Assembly: GCA_965242865.1 (NCBI GenBank)
Contig: CBDETK010000013.1
Location: forward strand, 2,112,001 to 2,176,000
DNA from: Candidatus Latescibacterota bacterium
Lineage (GTDB): Bacteria > Latescibacterota > UBA2968 > UBA8231
DNA: 64,000 nucleotides
Direction of reading: 5' to 3'
Shown here: in pieces, positions 59,993 to 64,000 of the stretch
How positions within the stretch are numbered: the stretch's first letter is position 1
Layout of the letters: the number at the start of each line of letters is the position of its first letter
Notes under the pieces: generated by a model
Database searches by the model: none
What the model was told of the DNA's origin: nothing
The model's input: only the letters and a program-made list of their open reading frames with translations
Position numbers and translations under genes: made by a program

Positions 59993-61117
59993 CTATCCGG
60001 CCGCGGCCAGCAAGGCCGGGGTATCGGCGACGATGTTGTAGAGGGAGTCGCGCTCGATGGGCCGACGGCCGGCCTCGACGATGCGCTGCACGAGCTCGGC
60101 CTGCGTCAGCCGCTGCTCGGTGTGGGCGAAACTTTTGCGGGTGATTTCGTAGTCCATGACCGTGCCGTCGATATCGTCGGCCCCGTACCAGAGCGCGGCC
60201 TGCGAAATCTCAATGGTATTCATGATCCAGAAGGTCTTGACGTGGGGGAAGTTGTCGAGCATCAACCGCCCCACGGCGATTTCCTTGAGATCGAGGCACC
60301 CCGTAGGCCCGGGCAGGTGCTCCAACTCGGTGCGCTCGGGGTGAAAGGAGAGCGGGATGTAGCAGAGGAAGCCGCCGGTGTCGTCCTGCACTTCGCGCAG
60401 CCGCACGAGGTGATAGACCTTTTCCGCGGTGTTTTCGATGTGGCCATAGAGCATGGTGGCGTTGGAGGGCAGGCCGGCTCGGTGCGCCGCCTGCGCGATT
60501 TTCAGCCATTCCTCGGAATCCGCCTTGGTCCAGAAAAGGTCGCCTTGGACCCGATCGCTAAAGACTTCGGCCCCGCCGCCGGGCAGGGACTCCAGCCCGG
60601 CCTCCTTTAGGTCGGCAAAGATCGCTGCGAGCGGCTTTTTGGCGATGCGCTGAATCTGGGCGATCTCAATCATGGTGAAGGCCTTCAGATGCGCGGTTGG
60701 GCGGGCTTGCTTCATGGCCCGCAAGACGTCGAGATAGTATGAGTAGGGCAGCTTGGGATTGACGCCGCCGACCATGTGGAGCTCGGTGATCGGGGCCTGA
60801 TCGTACTCGGCGACCCGCGCCGCGACCTGCTCGGGCGTCAACACGTACCCGCGCTCGTCTTTGGGCTTGACGTAAAAGGAGCAGAACTTGCAGAGCTTGT
60901 TGCAGATGTTGGTGTAGTTGATGTGCTGGTTGCGCACGTAGTACGCAACATCGCCGCTGGCGCGCTCGCGGACGATATTGGCTAGATAGCCCAAGATGGG
61001 CAGGTCATCGCAGGCGTACAGGCGCAGGCCATCGTCTGCGCTCAAGCGCTGCCCGGCCAGCACCTTGCGGTGAATGTCGCCGAGGCCAGCGCGGCCAATA
61101 AGGTCGTCGTAAATCAC
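59993..61117 (-). CDS. mqnE: Aminofutalosine synthase (radical SAM)
   Basis: NICNKLCKFCSF, ELHMVGG, HLKAFT, NATMLYGHIE, HVKTFW. Confidence 0.85.
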   Translation of the reverse strand: MIYDDLIGRAGLGDIHRKVLAGQRLSADDGLRLYACDDLPILGYLANIVRERASGDVAYYVRNQHINYTNICNKLCKFCSFYVKPKDERGYVLTPEQVAARVAEYDQAPITELHMVGGVNPKLPYSYYLDVLRAMKQARPTAHLKAFTMIEIAQIQRIAKKPLAAIFADLKEAGLESLPGGGAEVFSDRVQGDLFWTKADSEEWLKIAQAAHRAGLPSNATMLYGHIENTAEKVYHLVRLREVQDDTGGFLCYIPLSFHPERTELEHLPGPTGCLDLKEIAVGRLMLDNFPHVKTFWIMNTIEISQAALWYGADDIDGTVMDYEITRKSFAHTEQRLTQAELVQRIVEAGRRPIERDSLYNIVADTPALLAAAG

Positions 61118-61159
61118 TTCGTTCTCCCGCGTTTAGTACATAAATACACCATAGCTATC

Positions 61160-61888
61160 CTATTCGTCAACCGGCCCTTTGACGCCTTGGTACACCGCGG
61201 CAATCCCCAAAGTCAGGGGCGTGTAGCGCGGCTTTTTGAAACCGGCCGCGCCGAGCAATTCGACAAAGGCCGGCCCCTGGGGAAAGGCCCCGACCGAGCG
61301 CGGCAGATAGGCGTAGGCCCGACGCTGGCCGGAAACGAGGCCGCCGATTAGGGGCAGCACTTTGTGGAAGTAAAACCCGTACAATTGCCGGAACAGCGGC
61401 GTCGTAGGCTCGCAGAAGTCGAGCACCAAGAGCTGACCGCCGGGCTTGAGGACGCGATGGGCCTCGGCCAAGCCGCTGGGAATGTGGCCGAAATTGCGCA
61501 CTCCAAAGGCCCCGGTCACCAGGTCGAAGGTGCTATGCTGAAACGGCAACTGCTCGGCGTCGCCAACCAGCAGCGTTACGCGGCCGGCCGGTCCCTTGGC
61601 CGCCACCTTGGCCGCCCCTAGCCGCAGCATCTCAACGGCCACGTCAATGCCGATGACCTGCTGCGGTCCTAAGCGGGCGGCCGCGAGGGCAAAATCGCCG
61701 GTGCCCGTCGCCAGATCCAAGACGCGCTGCGGGGCGGTCCGCGCGACGCCGTGGAGGGCGCGTCGCCGCCAGTACACATCTACGCCGCCGCTGAGGAGGT
61801 GGTTGAGCAGGTCGTAGTGCCGAGCAATGGCGTTGAACATGTCGCGGTTGCGCCTCTTGTGTTCGGCGACGGTTTGTTTATTCTCCAT
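61160..61888 (-). CDS. ubiE: Demethylmenaquinone methyltransferase (UbiE/MenG)
   Basis: MFNAIARHYDLLNHLLS, VLDLATGTGD, FGVRN, RVLKPGG. Confidence 0.9.
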   Translation of the reverse strand: MENKQTVAEHKRRNRDMFNAIARHYDLLNHLLSGGVDVYWRRRALHGVARTAPQRVLDLATGTGDFALAAARLGPQQVIGIDVAVEMLRLGAAKVAAKGPAGRVTLLVGDAEQLPFQHSTFDLVTGAFGVRNFGHIPSGLAEAHRVLKPGGQLLVLDFCEPTTPLFRQLYGFYFHKVLPLIGGLVSGQRRAYAYLPRSVGAFPQGPAFVELLGAAGFKKPRYTPLTLGIAAVYQGVKGPVDE

Positions 61889-61931
61889 GCAGAAAAGCTA
61901 GTCCCCTTGCCATCCCTGTCAACAAGCGCTT

Positions 61932-63296
61932 ATGCCCCAACTTCAGGCCAACATCCTCATCGCCGACCCAGCGCTCTTTATTCGCGAAGGGCTCCAAGAG
62001 GCCCTACAAAAACCCGGTTATGCCGTTGAAACGGCCGCGGATGGGGGCCAAGTGCGCCGGATGCTAAAAGCCGGTAATTTCCACTTGGCCATTCTCGACT
62101 TGCAGATGCCCGGCCCCGCTGGGATGCAGCTTTTGCAGGCGGTCGGCCAGCACCACCCCGACACCTTGTGCATCATACTCACGGCCCACGACAATGTTCA
62201 CACCGCGGTCGAAGCCATGCGCAAGGGCGCGTACGATGTGGTGACCAAACCCGTCGATCTAGACCACCTGCGCCTCGTCGTCTCCCGCGCCCTCGATCGC
62301 TTTGAGCTCGTCGTCGAAAACCGCAAGCTCCACAACCGCCTCGAAAAAGAAGCCCCGTTCCGCCGCCTCGTGCGCCGCAGCCCGGCCATGCAGGCGGCCG
62401 CGGCCACGATCAAACAAGTGGCCGAAGCGGATGTGCCGGTGCTTTTGCGCGGCGAGACCGGCGTCGGCAAGGATCTGGTAGCTCGCGCCATCCACGAGCG
62501 CAGCAAGCGCCGCGACGCGCCCTTTGTGGCCGTCAACTGCGGCGGCTTTACCGAGGAGCTTTTTACCAGCGAGCTGTTCGGCCACAAGCGCGGCGCCTTT
62601 ACCAGCGCTCACGCCGACCGGCCCGGCCGGTTCACCCTCGCCGAGCAGGGGACCCTCTTTCTCGACGAAATCGGCGAGGTCCCGCACAAAAATCAGGTCG
62701 AGCTCTTGCGCGTCCTAGAGTCGCACGAGTTCCAGCCGCTCGGGGATCCGCAGGTCCACCGCGCCGATGTGCGCATCATCGCCGCGACCAACCGCGACCT
62801 CGAAGACGCGGTCGCAACCGGCGGCTTCCGCCAAGACCTGTACTACCGTCTCAACGTGATCCCCATTGACATCCCCCCGCTGCGCCAACGGCGGGAAGAC
62901 ATCCCGGTCTTAGTTGAAATGTGCCTCGACGAAACCTGCCGCGCCCAGAACAAGCCGCCGAAAAAAATCAGCCCAGAAGCGATGGAGGGCCTCGTCGCCT
63001 ATGATTGGCCGGGCAATGTGCGCCAGTTGCGCAACCTGCTCCAGCGGCTCGTGGTCACCACCCCGGCGGCGGTCATTCTCCCCGAGCACCTGCCCGGTCC
63101 GCTCGGGGCACTGGCCGATGGCCCGGGGCAGTTTTCAATGGCCCTCGGCTCTTCTCTGCAAGAGGTCGAAGCCGAGCTCATCCGCCAGACCCTCCAACGC
63201 CTCACGGGCAATCGGCGCGAAGCGGCCGCCATTTTGGGCATTAGCGTCCGCGCCCTTCAGTACAAAATCAAGCGCTACAACATCGCGGCCAAGTAA
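61932..63296 (+). CDS. Sigma-54-dependent response regulator (NtrC family)
   Basis: Receiver domain, GETGVGKD, ELFGHKRGAFTSA, FLDEIGE, WPGNVRQL, Fis-type HTH. Confidence 0.92.
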   Translation: MPQLQANILIADPALFIREGLQEALQKPGYAVETAADGGQVRRMLKAGNFHLAILDLQMPGPAGMQLLQAVGQHHPDTLCIILTAHDNVHTAVEAMRKGAYDVVTKPVDLDHLRLVVSRALDRFELVVENRKLHNRLEKEAPFRRLVRRSPAMQAAAATIKQVAEADVPVLLRGETGVGKDLVARAIHERSKRRDAPFVAVNCGGFTEELFTSELFGHKRGAFTSAHADRPGRFTLAEQGTLFLDEIGEVPHKNQVELLRVLESHEFQPLGDPQVHRADVRIIAATNRDLEDAVATGGFRQDLYYRLNVIPIDIPPLRQRREDIPVLVEMCLDETCRAQNKPPKKISPEAMEGLVAYDWPGNVRQLRNLLQRLVVTTPAAVILPEHLPGPLGALADGPGQFSMALGSSLQEVEAELIRQTLQRLTGNRREAAAILGISVRALQYKIKRYNIAAK

Positions 63297-63426
63297 CCGG
63301 GGCCGACCGACTTCTGCATTTTTTGCACTTTTGCCCCTGTACGGCCTCTCGACGCGCTGCTCTCCCGGCAGAGCATTTTTCGTAAGTCAATAATTTACAA
63401 TGCGTTAATTAGCAGGCAATCCAAGG

Positions 63427-63441
63427 TGGCACTGGATTTGC
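63427..63441 (+). promoter_or_regulatory. Sigma-54 (-24/-12) promoter
   Basis: TGGCAC-TGGAT-TTGC exact consensus; AT-rich IHF-like tract at ~63383-63410. Confidence 0.7.
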
Positions 63442-63745
63442 TTATCTAATAAGCGAGGCGAGAAGAGCGTCGGTTGCCCTCCGCGCATCGGGGGGAGCTT
63501 CTCGACCTTAACTCTTTGTTAATGCAGAGCAAACAATTCCGTCAGACCGAGCACAGAGCAACGCGGGGACGCTTTGCAGTCCCGAACCAAAACGATAGGA
63601 ATGCAAATTTTGCACTTTACGCGAATAGAGCCTGACGCTTCTAACTCGCGCAATTTGAATACCTTGCAGCACCCGAGGCCAACATTGTTGCAATTGAGTG
63701 CAAAAATTTGCACCTGCTGACCCCATTACCCAAGGGAGGTTTCGC

Positions 63746-64000
63746 ATGGCTTACGCGATCCAAGAAGCCTTACATGACGAGGACAACACGCTGCGCCTCT
63801 ACTTCGACGACATCGCCGATTCTAGGCCGCTAAGCCGCCAGCGGGAAGTCGAGCTGTCGGCGCGGATCCAAGACGGCGACATGGCCGCCCGCGACGAGTT
63901 GGTTCAAGCCAACCTGCGCTTCGTCATCGATGTGGCCAAAAATTACCAAAACCGCGGTCTCTCGCTAGAGGACCTAATCAGCGCGGGCAACGTAGGTTTG
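63746..64000 (+). CDS. RpoD/RpoS-family sigma-70 factor (3'-partial)
   Basis: GGGAGG RBS; MAYAIQ..TLRLYFDDIA..ANLRFVIDVAKNYQNRGLSLEDLISAGNVGL; runs off the window end. Confidence 0.88.
   Translation, partial: MAYAIQEALHDEDNTLRLYFDDIADSRPLSRQREVELSARIQDGDMAARDELVQANLRFVIDVAKNYQNRGLSLEDLISAGNVGL

Overview
GC-rich bacterial chromosomal segment. The gene content (FlgD-tailed secreted protein, internalin-type LRR/YWTD protein, FG-GAP/ASPIC protein, futalosine pathway) suggests a Latescibacterota/Poribacteria-like, possibly sponge-associated organism; this is an inference only. Housekeeping blocks (PPIase, addAB, dnaK, uvrB, ubiE-mqnE-mqnC-mqnA-UbiA-like, NtrC-type regulator, sigma-70) alternate with two decaying defence islands. 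Island 1 (~13.8-31.4 kb) holds a HigBA-like TA pair, type III res, an AlbA2/RecG-like gene and a 5'-deleted mod. The last ~32-38 bp of mod recur twice downstream and delimit cassettes: a Dsr1-like sirtuin, an ABC-ATPase plus nuclease pair, and an orphan antitoxin. A low-GC four-gene operon follows (Dcm, HD hydrolase, STAND/CDC6-like ATPase, CARF-like protein). Island 2 (~45-57.2 kb) holds AIPR, a PLD-helicase, an apparently intact fusion of a type IIG restriction-enzyme N-terminal domain to a sigma-70 factor, an AlbA2 protein, ParA and a type IIG RM pseudogene cut by an IS630 remnant. Also seen: two consensus sigma-54 promoters, REP/MITE-like repeats (one in frame inside addB) and a ~185 bp duplicated intergenic element. 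No CRISPR array, rRNA or tRNA was recognised. All family assignments come from reading motifs by eye, not from database searches.
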